Assembly (NCBI GenBank): GCA_963826115.1
Contig: CAWGVS010000005.1
Coordinates: 1,664,001-1,728,000 of the forward strand
Source: an uncultured Candidatus Rokubacteria bacterium
Lineage (GTDB): Bacteria; Methylomirabilota; Methylomirabilia; Rokubacteriales; DASRDR01
Direction: 5' to 3'
DNA length: 64,000 nt
Positions 10,185 through 19,592 of the stretch are shown piece after piece. The notes beneath the pieces were generated by a model. The model was not told the DNA's origin. It did no database searches and was given only the letters and a program-made list of their open reading frames with translations. Every line of letters starts with the position of its first letter. The first letter of the stretch is position 1. Made by a program: the position numbers and the translations under genes.

Positions 10185-10373
10185 GCCGCTCGCCTGCCTG
10201 GGCGTCACGCAACGCCGACGCCCAAGTTCAGGATAGCCCAGGGCCGGCAGGGTGCGCCACCGGGGTCGAGAAGGCGCGCCCTCGCGGCCTCCGGACGCCT
10301 CGCGTCGGGCCCATCGGCGTACAATCGCGCGGATGGGGACGCCGATGCCGACGGGGCCGCGGGGGCCGCACCG

Positions 10374-10844
10374 GTGAAGCGGTGGCTCGATTCCCGGTGG
10401 CTCGGACCGGGGCTCCTCGGCTTCTGGGCGCTCTACTTCGGCATCGTTGCGCTCTCGAACCTGACCGATCTCCTCCGGGGCGTCCACGTCCTGCCGGCGA
10501 GCTGGCGCTGGATCTCGGGCAATCTCGCCTTCATGGCGAGCGCCACCGGGAAGTTCGGCGTTCCCGGCTGGGTCAACCCGGTCCTGCTGGCCGGCGTGGT
10601 CGCCTGGCAGGGACTCGCCGCCGGTCTCTTCTGGCGAACGGCCCGCGGCGCGACTGGACTCGGCCCGCCCTTCGTGGTCGGCGTCTCACTCTGGGCCGTG
10701 TTCATTCTCCTGGACGAGCTCCTGCTGATCTTCGAGACCGGCGCCGAGGCGACTCACCTGCGGCTCCTGATCGCCCAGCTCGTGAGCCTCATCCTCCTTC
10801 GGTCGGGACCGATCGGAGAGGGGCCGACGCAGCCGCGCGGCTAG
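10374..10844 (+). CDS. Hypothetical membrane protein (about 4 TM)
   Basis: Hydrophobic helices, coding-like codon usage; start uncertain. Confidence 0.7.
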   Translation: MKRWLDSRWLGPGLLGFWALYFGIVALSNLTDLLRGVHVLPASWRWISGNLAFMASATGKFGVPGWVNPVLLAGVVAWQGLAAGLFWRTARGATGLGPPFVVGVSLWAVFILLDELLLIFETGAEATHLRLLIAQLVSLILLRSGPIGEGPTQPRG

Positions 10845-11902
10845 GCGTGGTCGTGGTCGCGGCTCTCTCGGTAGTGGGCGCCGAGCAGGTCGATCCCGAA
10901 GTCGCCTCGCGGGTCGTGCCAGACCGAATGGATGTGGTTGGCGCCGTTCTGGGTGTTGTCGTACTCGATCAGCACCGCCGGCCCGTGGAGGCGGTAGTAG
11001 TGCGGGCGTTTCGCGTCGACGGGCCCCGCCCAGGCGAAATGCACGCGGTCGGTCCCCGCGGCGTGGATCTTCCGGAGCTCGCGCTCCGCAAGATCTCCCT
11101 GCATGTTGCGGGCATAGGTCTCGAAAAGCCTCACAGCGAGCGCCCGCGACGCGTCGGCGAGGTCGCCGAGAGGAATCCCGGCAGGCGCGCGGAGGCTCTC
11201 CTCGCGGCCCGGCCCGGACACGATGTCGCCGAGGGACTCGGCCGCGAGCGTGGCCCGGGTGCGCTGCGGCGCGTCGAGACTCGCGACGAGGGCGAGGCCG
11301 AGGTCCTGCTCGTCACGGAGCGCGCGGAGGCCCTTGAGGGGGCCCGACGGCACCTCGGCGGGATTCGAGCCGAAGAACGCGGGAGTGACCGCAACCGCCC
11401 GGCCGGGCACGACGGCGAAGTTCAGCGACATGTGGTGACCCTCGACGCGCCAGCCCCAGGGCCCGGCCTGGCCCGGCGTTCCGAAGATCGTGACCGCGTA
11501 GTTGTCGGGATCCCGCGTGAACGCACCGAAGGTCTCGAGCTGGCGGAGCACGCCCTCGAGGCGCATGACATCGCTCGCCTTCGCATACCCCACGGCCGAG
11601 AGGCCAACCCCGAGGAGCGCGTGGGCCGCCGCCCGCGCGTCGGCCGTCATGTCCCTGAGGGCCAGCCCCTCGCGGCGGCGCGGCACGTAGTGCCAGTTCA
11701 GGCGCTCGGCGTGCGCGAAGGGGAAGGTGGCCTGGCGAGTCCGCCGGGCATCGAGCGTCCCCAGGAACCGGAGCGCCGCGCCGGCCATGGCATCGCCTGC
11801 GTCCTGCTCGGCCCGGAGCGATGCGGGGCGACCCGCGCCCGAGACCGCGAGCGCGGCCGCCAGCCCTCGGAGGATGCGCCGCCGACCGGGACGCGCCGTC
11901 AC
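10841..11902 (-). CDS. DUF3500 family protein, Tat-exported
   Basis: GRRRILR Tat motif; WHYVP, WRVEGHHMSLN, YYRLHGP, NHIHSVWHD motifs. Confidence 0.88.
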   Translation of the reverse strand: MTARPGRRRILRGLAAALAVSGAGRPASLRAEQDAGDAMAGAALRFLGTLDARRTRQATFPFAHAERLNWHYVPRRREGLALRDMTADARAAAHALLGVGLSAVGYAKASDVMRLEGVLRQLETFGAFTRDPDNYAVTIFGTPGQAGPWGWRVEGHHMSLNFAVVPGRAVAVTPAFFGSNPAEVPSGPLKGLRALRDEQDLGLALVASLDAPQRTRATLAAESLGDIVSGPGREESLRAPAGIPLGDLADASRALAVRLFETYARNMQGDLAERELRKIHAAGTDRVHFAWAGPVDAKRPHYYRLHGPAVLIEYDNTQNGANHIHSVWHDPRGDFGIDLLGAHYRESRDHDHA

Positions 11903-11989
11903 GATTTCATCGTATACGAGAGGTTGACCGATCCGTTACCGTGTCCTCATGGACGCGCGCGCTGACGCGCGGACCGGGACGGAGGTTCC

Positions 11990-12598
11990 GTGATGGCACG
12001 CAATCGGGCCGGTTGGCCGGGACGTCGAGCCTTCCTCCGATGGTCTCTCGCCGTTCCCGCGGTCGCCGTCGGCGGGCGCCGAGCTCTTGCGCAGACGCGG
12101 ACGCTCTCGCCGACGCCGAGCTGTGTCGACAAGGGCTCGCCTACGCCGTCCCAGACGGCCGGCCCCTTCTTCAAGCCGCAGTCGCCCCAGCGGACCTCGC
12201 TCCTCGAGCCGGGCATGGGCGGCCCGCGGATCGTCCTGACGGGATCCGTGCTGTCGACCGCCTGCCGGCCGATCCCGGGCGCGCTCCTGGACTTCTGGCA
12301 GGCCGACGACCGGGGAGGCTACGACAATGCCGGCTTCCGCCTCCGGGGCCATCAGTTCGCGGACGAGCAGGGCCGGTACCGGCTGGAGACCGTCGTCCCG
12401 GGGCTCTACACGGGACGGACGCGTCACTTCCACGTCCGCGTCCAGGCGCCGAACCAGCCCATTCTCACGACCCAGCTCTACTTCCCTGACGAGCCCGGCA
12501 ACCGGAGCGACTTCATCTTCCGGCCGGAGCTGGTCATGGCCGTGAGGGACGACGCGGGCGCCAAGGCCGGCGCGTTCAACTTCGTGCTCGCCGTCTGA
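11990..12598 (+). CDS. Intradiol ring-cleavage dioxygenase-like protein, Tat-exported
   Basis: GRRAFL Tat motif; GPFF, WQAD..GGY, PGLYTGRTRHFH (Tyr/Tyr/His/His iron ligands), TTQLYF. Confidence 0.88.
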   Translation: MMARNRAGWPGRRAFLRWSLAVPAVAVGGRRALAQTRTLSPTPSCVDKGSPTPSQTAGPFFKPQSPQRTSLLEPGMGGPRIVLTGSVLSTACRPIPGALLDFWQADDRGGYDNAGFRLRGHQFADEQGRYRLETVVPGLYTGRTRHFHVRVQAPNQPILTTQLYFPDEPGNRSDFIFRPELVMAVRDDAGAKAGAFNFVLAV

Positions 12599-12614
12599 CC
12601 GGGAGGGCGATCCG

Positions 12615-12920
12615 ATGGGGCACGTGGAGAAGGTGGACCGCACGCTCCCGTTGAACCAGATGATCTTCCACGTCCGCCGCGACGCGGAGCTCCGGCGGCG
12701 GTGGCGCGAGGACTTCGACGCCCTCGCCCGGGAGTTCGGCCTGTCGGCCGACGAGATCAGCGCGGTCAAGACGAGCGACGTCCGCCGGCTCAACGACATG
12801 GGCGTCCACCAGTACTACGTGTCCCAGATCCTGCGCCTCACCTTCGGGGCCACGGGCGCCTCGAACGCGCACCCGGCGCTCGAGGCCTTCCGGCGCGCGT
12901 ACCCCGAGCACACGACGTAG
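12615..12920 (+). CDS. LigA-like small subunit of extradiol dioxygenase
   Basis: EFGLSADEISAV..DVRRLNDMGVHQY pattern; directly upstream of a LigB-like gene. Confidence 0.75.
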   Translation: MGHVEKVDRTLPLNQMIFHVRRDAELRRRWREDFDALAREFGLSADEISAVKTSDVRRLNDMGVHQYYVSQILRLTFGATGASNAHPALEAFRRAYPEHTT

Positions 12921-12929
12921 GGCCCGGCC

Positions 12930-13772
12930 TTGGCTACCGTCGTCGCCGCGATGGCCGCGACACACGCGCCCGGGCTCACCGGATGGTTCGACCGGGCGCC
13001 CGAGGCCGACCGGAAGGTTGTCCTGGACGGCTACGGGGAGCTCCGCCGGCGCCTCGAGGCCGCGCGGCCGGACGTTCTCCTCATGCTCGCGAACGACCAC
13101 CTGCTCAACTGGCCGATCAACAACATCCCGGACTACACGGTCGGGATCGGCGCGGAGCACGTCGGCCCCGCCGACTGGTTCGACGAGTGGCTCGCACTCC
13201 CGAAGTACCGCGTCAAGGGGCGGCCGGACCTCGCCCGCGCGATCGTCCGCGACGGCGCCCGGCTCGGGACCATGTTCGCGTACCTCGACCGCCTCGAGCT
13301 GGACGACGGGATCTCGGTGCCGCTCCACTACCTCACGCCGGCGATGCAGGTGCCGCTCGTCCCGATCACGCTGAACTGCACGGTGCCGCCCATCCCCTCC
13401 TCCGAGCGCGCCTATCGGCTGGGGGAGGTGCTCCGCGAGATCGTGACGACGCGCTGGCCGGCGGACGTCCGCGTCGCGGTCGTCGCGACCGGCGGGCTCT
13501 CCCACGAGCCGGGCGGCCCGCGCTACCTCCAGGTGGACGAGGCCTTCGACCGCTGGTTTCTCGAGCGTTTGGCCGAGGGCGACCACCGCCGCATCGTGCG
13601 AGAGTGCACGGTGGATCGGATGGAGGCCGCGGGCTCCGGAGGGACCGCGGAGCTTCTCGCCTGGATCGCCGCGCTCCCCTTCACCGCCGGCCCGGCCGAG
13701 GTGCTCGGCTACGCGCCGTCCGTCGCGTGGCGCACCGGGACCGGCATGGTCGCCTGGCCCCGGCTCGCCTGA
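12930..13772 (+). CDS. LigB/MhpB-like extradiol dioxygenase catalytic subunit
   Basis: THAP, NDH, LDDGISVPL, TGGLSHEPGG, ELLAW motifs. Confidence 0.88.
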   Translation: MATVVAAMAATHAPGLTGWFDRAPEADRKVVLDGYGELRRRLEAARPDVLLMLANDHLLNWPINNIPDYTVGIGAEHVGPADWFDEWLALPKYRVKGRPDLARAIVRDGARLGTMFAYLDRLELDDGISVPLHYLTPAMQVPLVPITLNCTVPPIPSSERAYRLGEVLREIVTTRWPADVRVAVVATGGLSHEPGGPRYLQVDEAFDRWFLERLAEGDHRRIVRECTVDRMEAAGSGGTAELLAWIAALPFTAGPAEVLGYAPSVAWRTGTGMVAWPRLA

Positions 13773-13959
13773 CCGGACGCGGCTCACCCGGGGCGGAGCC
13801 GCTCAGCGGATCCCGGCGTGGACGAGCCGAGGTCTGGGGAGACCGGCTCTCAGCGCGTGCCTGGCCGGAGGTGGTGCTGGTCGGCCATATGCGCTGCGGG
13901 CCGACCTAGTTCGCTCCGTCGGCGGCTTGACTAGTCCCAGTCTTTCAGGGTAGGAAGCG

Positions 13960-14985
13960 TTGAGAGCACACAGGGTGCGACGCATGTTGTATCGCTCGCC
14001 ACTGACCCGTGCCGGCATCACGCTCCTGCTGATCGCGGTCAGCGGCGGAGTGTTCGCCGCGCCTCCTGTTTGGGCGCAGCGGAAGGAACCCGTCAGGATC
14101 GGTGTCCTGACGGACAGCTGGGGCCCCACACCGGCTACGCTCGGACTTCGCGATGGGCTACAGGCCCTCGGCTACCGCGAGGACGAGCACTTCCAGCTCG
14201 GGGTTCGGTTCACCGGGGGCGACATCAGCGCACTGCCGGCCGCGGCGCGCGAGCTGCTGGCAGCCGGGTCGGACATCATCTTCGCGACGACGACCAGCGC
14301 GGCCAGGGCGGCCCAGCAAGCCACGACGGTGAAGCCGATCGTCTTCGCAGAGGTCGTCGGTGATCCCGTGCGGCTCGGACTGGTCCGAAGCTTCGCACGG
14401 CCGGGCGGGAACGTCACCGGGGTGAGCAGCTTGACCTTCGAGCTGACCGCCAAGCGTCTCGAGATTTTCAAGGAGCTGGTTCCCGGGCTCAAGCGCGTCC
14501 TGCTCGTCTACGACGCGAACGATACGGATGCCGTCGACGCGGTCCAGTTCCACCGCGACGCGGCCCGGCAGCTCGGCATCCAGCTGGTCGAACTGACGCC
14601 CCGGAGTCAGGAAGAGGCGCGCGAGCAGATCGCCAGGGTCCGCCGGTCGGATGTGGACGGGATCCTGACCTCCCCGGGCGGCCCGGCCCTGAACATCCCC
14701 GGGGTCGTCATCGAGGTGGCGACGCGGAACCAGTTGCCGGCAATGTTCATTGGCGGGTTCTGGGTCGAGCAAGGCGGGTTCGCCGGCTACGGTCCCGACT
14801 TCTACGAGTCGGGCCGACTCGCGGCGCGGCTCGTCCTCAAGATCCTGCAGGGTGAGAAGCCCGAAAACATCCCCGTCGAGATCAACTCCCGCATCGAACT
14901 GGTCATCAACTTGAAGGTGGCGAGGGCCCTCAAGTTGGAGCCGGGGCCTGCGGTGCTGCAGCGGGCGAACCGGCTCATCCAATGA
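13960..14985 (+). CDS. ABC transporter substrate-binding protein (PF04392-like)
   Basis: GDPVRLGLVRSFARPGGNVTG, KILQGEKPENIPVE, ELVINLKVARAL; start may be ATG 13984. Confidence 0.88.
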   Translation: MRAHRVRRMLYRSPLTRAGITLLLIAVSGGVFAAPPVWAQRKEPVRIGVLTDSWGPTPATLGLRDGLQALGYREDEHFQLGVRFTGGDISALPAAARELLAAGSDIIFATTTSAARAAQQATTVKPIVFAEVVGDPVRLGLVRSFARPGGNVTGVSSLTFELTAKRLEIFKELVPGLKRVLLVYDANDTDAVDAVQFHRDAARQLGIQLVELTPRSQEEAREQIARVRRSDVDGILTSPGGPALNIPGVVIEVATRNQLPAMFIGGFWVEQGGFAGYGPDFYESGRLAARLVLKILQGEKPENIPVEINSRIELVINLKVARALKLEPGPAVLQRANRLIQ

Positions 14986-15009
14986 GGTCATGGTGAACTG
15001 GAGGCACGT

Positions 15010-15549
15010 ATGCGCCGACTGATTCTGGTCGCGGCTCTGGCCGCCGCCATCAGCGCGACCGCCGGCCCCGAGGCGCTCGCGCTGGAGCTCGGCAAGCCGG
15101 CCCCCGATTTCTCACTGCCCGCGGCGACCGGAGAGACGGTCAGCCTGCGGCAGTTTCGAGGCAAGAAGATCGTGCTGCTGGAGTTCTTCGGGGCGGCCTT
15201 CGCGCCGACCTGAGTCGCCAACATCGCGGCCCGGGGGGCTGACATCGGCAAGTTCGAGGCCTTGAACGTGCAGGTCCTGGGCATCAGTAGCGACAGCCCG
15301 TTTGCGCTCAAAACGCAGGCCGACTCGCTGAAGCTGACCTACCCCCTGCTGAGTGACCGCCCGCCGCGGACCATCGAGCGCTACGGCGTCATGGCTCCGG
15401 ACAAGGTCCGCGCGCTGCGCGCCTACTTCCTCATCGACCAGCAGGGCATCGTACGCAAGCAATGGCTTCTGGGAATCGCCGGCGACGACATCGTGTTTTC
15501 CAGCGAGCCCATCTTGAAGGCGGTCCAGGAACTGCAAGGCAAGCAGTGA
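15010..15549 (+). CDS. Exported AhpC/TSA (peroxiredoxin-like) protein, probable selenoprotein with in-frame UGA at 15211-15213
   Basis: ORFs 15010..15213 and 15262..15549 share one frame; G.PAPDFSL, AFAPT-U at the peroxidatic position, GISSDS, PLLSD, RAYFLIDQQGIVR. Confidence 0.82.
15217..15249 (+). promoter_or_regulatory. Putative bacterial SECIS hairpin
   Basis: CGGCCC/GGGCTG upper stem (15227-15241) with a G-rich apical loop about 19 nt after UGA; GCC/GGC lower pairing. Confidence 0.55.
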
Positions 15550-16124
15550 AGCGCGCCGCCGGCGGGGCCCTCCTGCTCGCCCAAGCTTTCGCGGCGCCCG
15601 TTGACGCGGTCTCGGCCGATCTCTCGTCGCTGCTGTCGGCCCTCGATCTCGGTGGCTATGCCAGGAACGAGCGACCGCCTGACTTCGTCGGCCTTACACC
15701 CGCTGGGCCGGGTCTGGCGCTGGCTGACCTGCACGGGCAGGTCGTGCTCCTGACCTTCTGGGCGACGTGGTGCCCGCCCTGCGGGCCGGAACTGGAAGCC
15801 CTCGAGTCCCTCCACCGCGAGCTGGGGGCTCAGCGCCTCGCGATCGTCGCCGTAAACGCGAGCGAGCCCGTATCGATCGTTCGCGACTACGCCAGCGCAC
15901 GCGGGCTCACCTTCGCCGTCCTCGTTGACCCGCGCGGCGACATACAGCGCGCGTACGGCGTCCTGGGTTTACCCACCACATTCGTGATCGCGCGCGACGG
16001 GCGCGCGGTAGCGCGGGCCATCGGCGCCCGAGACTGGGCCGGAGCCCGCTCCCGCGAGCTACTTCGGGAGCTCCTGCAGGAGCCCGCTCTACCTCGGGCG
16101 CCCGCAGGCGCCGGGCGACCCTGA
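15546..16124 (+). CDS. TlpA/ResA-like thiol-disulfide oxidoreductase
   Basis: FWATWCPPC, GLPTTFVI; signal-like N-terminus; GTGA overlap with the upstream gene. Confidence 0.85.
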   Translation: MKRAAGGALLLAQAFAAPVDAVSADLSSLLSALDLGGYARNERPPDFVGLTPAGPGLALADLHGQVVLLTFWATWCPPCGPELEALESLHRELGAQRLAIVAVNASEPVSIVRDYASARGLTFAVLVDPRGDIQRAYGVLGLPTTFVIARDGRAVARAIGARDWAGARSRELLRELLQEPALPRAPAGAGRP

Positions 16125-16237
16125 GCGACGCGCGGTCGGGCAAAGCTGATCGGGACGCCGGGTCACTAGTCTAGGGGCACCGTTGCCACGGTGGGACACC
16201 CCGCATGAAAGGCGCGATTGACGGGCGCCGCGGCATC

Positions 16238-16642
16238 TCACACGGCGGCGGCGCCCGCCGCCGCGCACTGGTGGTCCTGCTCGCCCGTCCCACCGCCGCA
16301 GCCGATTGCGCCGATGAAGCGGCCGCCGAGGAGGATCGGCACGCCGCCGATGCTGGGCATGATCTGGCCCGGGGTCAGGCCAGACAGCGCGTGCCAGAAC
16401 AGCGCGTGGTCCTTGGCCGACTCGGACATCTCCTTGGTGGAGCGCCGGAACGCGGCGGCCGCGACGGCCTTCCCGCGCGAGGTGTCCGGCGAGAGGAACC
16501 CGGTCCCGTCGCCGCGCGCGCAGAGGACGAGCCGGCCGGCCTCGTCCACCACCGAGACCGTCATGGGCGTGTTGAGCTCACGGGCGCGGGCCTGCGCGGC
16601 CCGAGCCGCCTTCTCGGCGATCTCCAGGGTCATCTCGATCAC
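16238..16642 (-). CDS. GlcG/HbpS (DUF336) heme-binding family protein
   Basis: VSVVDEAG, R.DG, KAVAAA, GGVPI, GAIGCGG, QDHQCA. Confidence 0.88.
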   Translation of the reverse strand: MIEMTLEIAEKAARAAQARARELNTPMTVSVVDEAGRLVLCARGDGTGFLSPDTSRGKAVAAAAFRRSTKEMSESAKDHALFWHALSGLTPGQIMPSIGGVPILLGGRFIGAIGCGGGTGEQDHQCAAAGAAAV

Positions 16643-16663
16643 GAGGGTCTCCGGGGACGCCCG

Positions 16664-19546
16664 TCAGCGAGCGCCCAGCAAGAGGAACGGCGCCCAGTAG
16701 TAGGGATGCGTCGTCGCCGGAGCGCGGAGCAGGACGAGCTCCGCCTCCTGGACCGCGCCCACCCGTCCCGCCGACGGCAGGGCGCGGTGGAAGGCGACCA
16801 TGAAGTCGCGGGTGGCGACGTCGCTCACCTTCCAGAGCGACGCGACGATCGACTGGGACCCCGCCTGGCTGAACGCCGCCGCCAGCGTCACGAGCGCGGC
16901 GCCGGGCACCTGCTCTCCGAGCGCGGTCTCGCACCCGGACAGGATCGCCAGCGAGTTCGGCGGGAGCGAGAGCCCTGCGATCTCCCCGATGGTGAGCCGC
17001 TGGCTCGCGGCATCGTCGCCCGCCAGGAGCAGGTAGGACCGGTCCGGCTGCTCCGGGTCGAGGACGCCGTGCGTGGCGAGGTGGAGCTCCGGGAACTTGA
17101 TGGCGAGCTCGAAGAAGCGGAGCTTCGTGGCCTCCGCGCCGTCGAGCGTCGTGACGCCTGACCGCGCCCGGGCGAGCTCCCGGACCTCGCGGGTCGCCGC
17201 CGGGAGCGTCCCGTCGGGGTTCGAGAGGGCAAGAAGCGGCGCGTCGGGCGCCATCTTGAGCGGGCTCAGGAGGTCAACGAGCTCGAGCTGCGTGACGTAG
17301 CTCACGCGGTGCGTCTCGGCCAGGAATCGCGGCGAGCCGTCGGCCTGCTTCCGGGTCAGCGCGTGGATCGGCAGGTAGAGCAGGAGATCGTTCGGGAAGA
17401 GGATCAGGTCCTTGTGGGTGGCGAGCTCGGGCTCGATGGGCGCGAGCAGATGCGCGGCGAGCTTCTCAGTGGTCGCGCGAAGCGGAGCGACGTCGCGGCG
17501 GAACGCCTCCGACCCGTCGTCCGTCCAGGAAAGCCGCGCGGTGGCGCCGCGCTCGACCTGGGTCCGGTACGCACGCACCAGGTCGTAGAGGTCCTTCTGC
17601 GACACCGCCTGGGTCCGGACCTGGAACTTCCCGCCCGCGGCGACGACGAAGATGTAGAGCGCGTCCGGCGCGGCGAAGTACTGCACGGCCACCGTCCCCG
17701 GCGGCAGCCGCTCGGCGAACTTCGCGATCGCCTTGGGGTCGACGGTCTGCTGCTCGACGAACTGGGCGCGGTAGCGCGGGTACCGCGCCAGGAACGCCTG
17801 CACCTGCCCGAGGTACTCGCTCTTGGTCTTGGCGAGGTCCCGGGTCAGCTCCTGGATGCGCTCCGGGCGTTGCTCGTCGGGGGCCTTCCCCTGCTCGGCC
17901 TGGAGCGCCCGCTCGAGGCGCGTCGTCTCCTCGCGCTTCGTGCCGACGTCCCGGGCCACGCGCCGCGCCTCGGGATCCTGGAGCGTCGGGCGGGCGGCCG
18001 CCATCGTGGTCGCGACGAGGAGGTTCTTCTTGGCCTCGATCGCCGCCAGGGCCTCGAGCTCGTAGCCCTTCGTGGCGTCGCGCTCGTGGAGGCGCAGGAG
18101 GACGCGCGCCAGCGAGTCGAACACCGCGAGCCGGTTGCCGGACTCGAGGTACTGGGCCCGCGACTGCTGCCCGGCGAGGCTACCGGCGAGCCCCCGGATC
18201 ACCGTCGCGGCCTCGGCGTAGGCCGCGGCCGCCTCCACACGCTTGCCGTTCCGCTCGTGGACCCGCCCGAGCAGGTTGCAGGTGCGCCAGTGAATCTCGG
18301 GGAGCCCGCCGTTCCTGAGGACCACCACGGCGCGCTCGAGTGTCACCTGGGCCCGCGCCCCATCCCGGGTCTGCAGGAGGACGATCCCGAGGTTGTTGAG
18401 GAGAAGCCCGATCCGCGGATGGTTCGGGCCGAGGGCCGGCTCGGCGATCCGGAGCGCCCGCTCGAGGTCGCTCCGGGCGAGGACGTAGTCCCGGAGCTCC
18501 ATGGCGACGCGGGCGCGGTTCCGCAGGGTCTCCGACAGCTGCGGATGATTCGGTCCGAGCGTCTGCTCCTGGATCTTCAGGGCCCGCTCGATCAGCGGCA
18601 GCGCGGCCGCGTTGTCGCCCAGCCCGCGCAGCACGATTACGAGCTGCGTCAGGTTCCACGCGACGCTCGGGTGGTTCGGGCCGAGCGCCTTCTCCCGGAT
18701 CGCCAGCGCGCGCTCGAGGAGAGGCCGGGCCTTCTGATGCTCGTCCAGGCGCTCGTAGAGCATGCCGTAGTTGGCCAGGACGTAGCCTAGGTCAGGGTGC
18801 TCGGACCCGAGGACCCGCTCCTGGATGCGGAGCGAGCGCTCGAGGGCGACGCGAGCCTGGTCGTACTCCCCGAGGTCCCGGTAGACGCGGCCGAGATGGG
18901 CGAGGATCTGCGCGGTGCGGAGGTGATTCGGCCCGAGCGTCTTCTCGCGGATCCGGAGCCCCCGCTCGAGAGTGACCCGAGCCAAGCCGAGGTCTCCCAG
19001 ATCGGCCTGAGCCCAACCCAGCCCGCTGAGCGCGGCGGCCACCTCGAGCGCCTCGGGACCGAGCACGTCCTCGCGGATGCGGAGGGCCCGCTCGTAGAGC
19101 GGCCGCGCCGCGGCCACCTTGCCGGCCTGCTGATTGACCTGGGCCAGGGCCTCGAGGGTATCCGCGACGCTCGCGTGCGCGGGACCGAGCTTCGCCTCCT
19201 TGATCCGGAGCGCCCGCGAGAGGGTCGCTTCCGCCGCCGGGTACTCGCCGTTCCGCTCGAGGAGACGGCCGAGGAGGTCGAGCGCCTCGCCGACCTCCAG
19301 GTCGTCCGGGCCGAGCACGCTCTCACGGAGCGCGACCGCCTCCTTGGCCTTCGGGATGGCCTCCTGGAAGCGGCCCTCCTGGAAGGCTCGCAGGGCCTCG
19401 GCCTTCAGGTCCCACGCGCGGCGGAGTGTCTCGTCGTTGGGCGCCGCGGGCGCCGTCCCAGCCGGTGGCGACTGGGCGAGGACCCCCGCCGGCGCGACGA
19501 GCGCGAGCGCCAGGGCGAGCACGAGCCAGGTCGCCGGTCTCAGCAT
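16664..19546 (-). CDS. Exported TPR-repeat + CHAT (caspase-like) protease
   Basis: Signal peptide MLRPATWLVLALALALVAPAGVLA; eight LG(P/S)xxx-hinged 42-aa TPRs; catalytic LHLATHG and LSGCET; SLWKVSD, HPYYWAPF. Confidence 0.92.
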   Translation of the reverse strand: MLRPATWLVLALALALVAPAGVLAQSPPAGTAPAAPNDETLRRAWDLKAEALRAFQEGRFQEAIPKAKEAVALRESVLGPDDLEVGEALDLLGRLLERNGEYPAAEATLSRALRIKEAKLGPAHASVADTLEALAQVNQQAGKVAAARPLYERALRIREDVLGPEALEVAAALSGLGWAQADLGDLGLARVTLERGLRIREKTLGPNHLRTAQILAHLGRVYRDLGEYDQARVALERSLRIQERVLGSEHPDLGYVLANYGMLYERLDEHQKARPLLERALAIREKALGPNHPSVAWNLTQLVIVLRGLGDNAAALPLIERALKIQEQTLGPNHPQLSETLRNRARVAMELRDYVLARSDLERALRIAEPALGPNHPRIGLLLNNLGIVLLQTRDGARAQVTLERAVVVLRNGGLPEIHWRTCNLLGRVHERNGKRVEAAAAYAEAATVIRGLAGSLAGQQSRAQYLESGNRLAVFDSLARVLLRLHERDATKGYELEALAAIEAKKNLLVATTMAAARPTLQDPEARRVARDVGTKREETTRLERALQAEQGKAPDEQRPERIQELTRDLAKTKSEYLGQVQAFLARYPRYRAQFVEQQTVDPKAIAKFAERLPPGTVAVQYFAAPDALYIFVVAAGGKFQVRTQAVSQKDLYDLVRAYRTQVERGATARLSWTDDGSEAFRRDVAPLRATTEKLAAHLLAPIEPELATHKDLILFPNDLLLYLPIHALTRKQADGSPRFLAETHRVSYVTQLELVDLLSPLKMAPDAPLLALSNPDGTLPAATREVRELARARSGVTTLDGAEATKLRFFELAIKFPELHLATHGVLDPEQPDRSYLLLAGDDAASQRLTIGEIAGLSLPPNSLAILSGCETALGEQVPGAALVTLAAAFSQAGSQSIVASLWKVSDVATRDFMVAFHRALPSAGRVGAVQEAELVLLRAPATTHPYYWAPFLLLGAR

Positions 19547-19592
19547 GTCCGGGCCCTCCCGCGGCCCCGCAGGACCGCCGCGCGGGCGGTCG

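Noticed and set aside
18400-19330. 126-nt periodicity with recurring CCGAGC/GGTTCGG words
   Set aside because: These encode 42-aa TPR repeats; not a CRISPR array or DNA repeat element.
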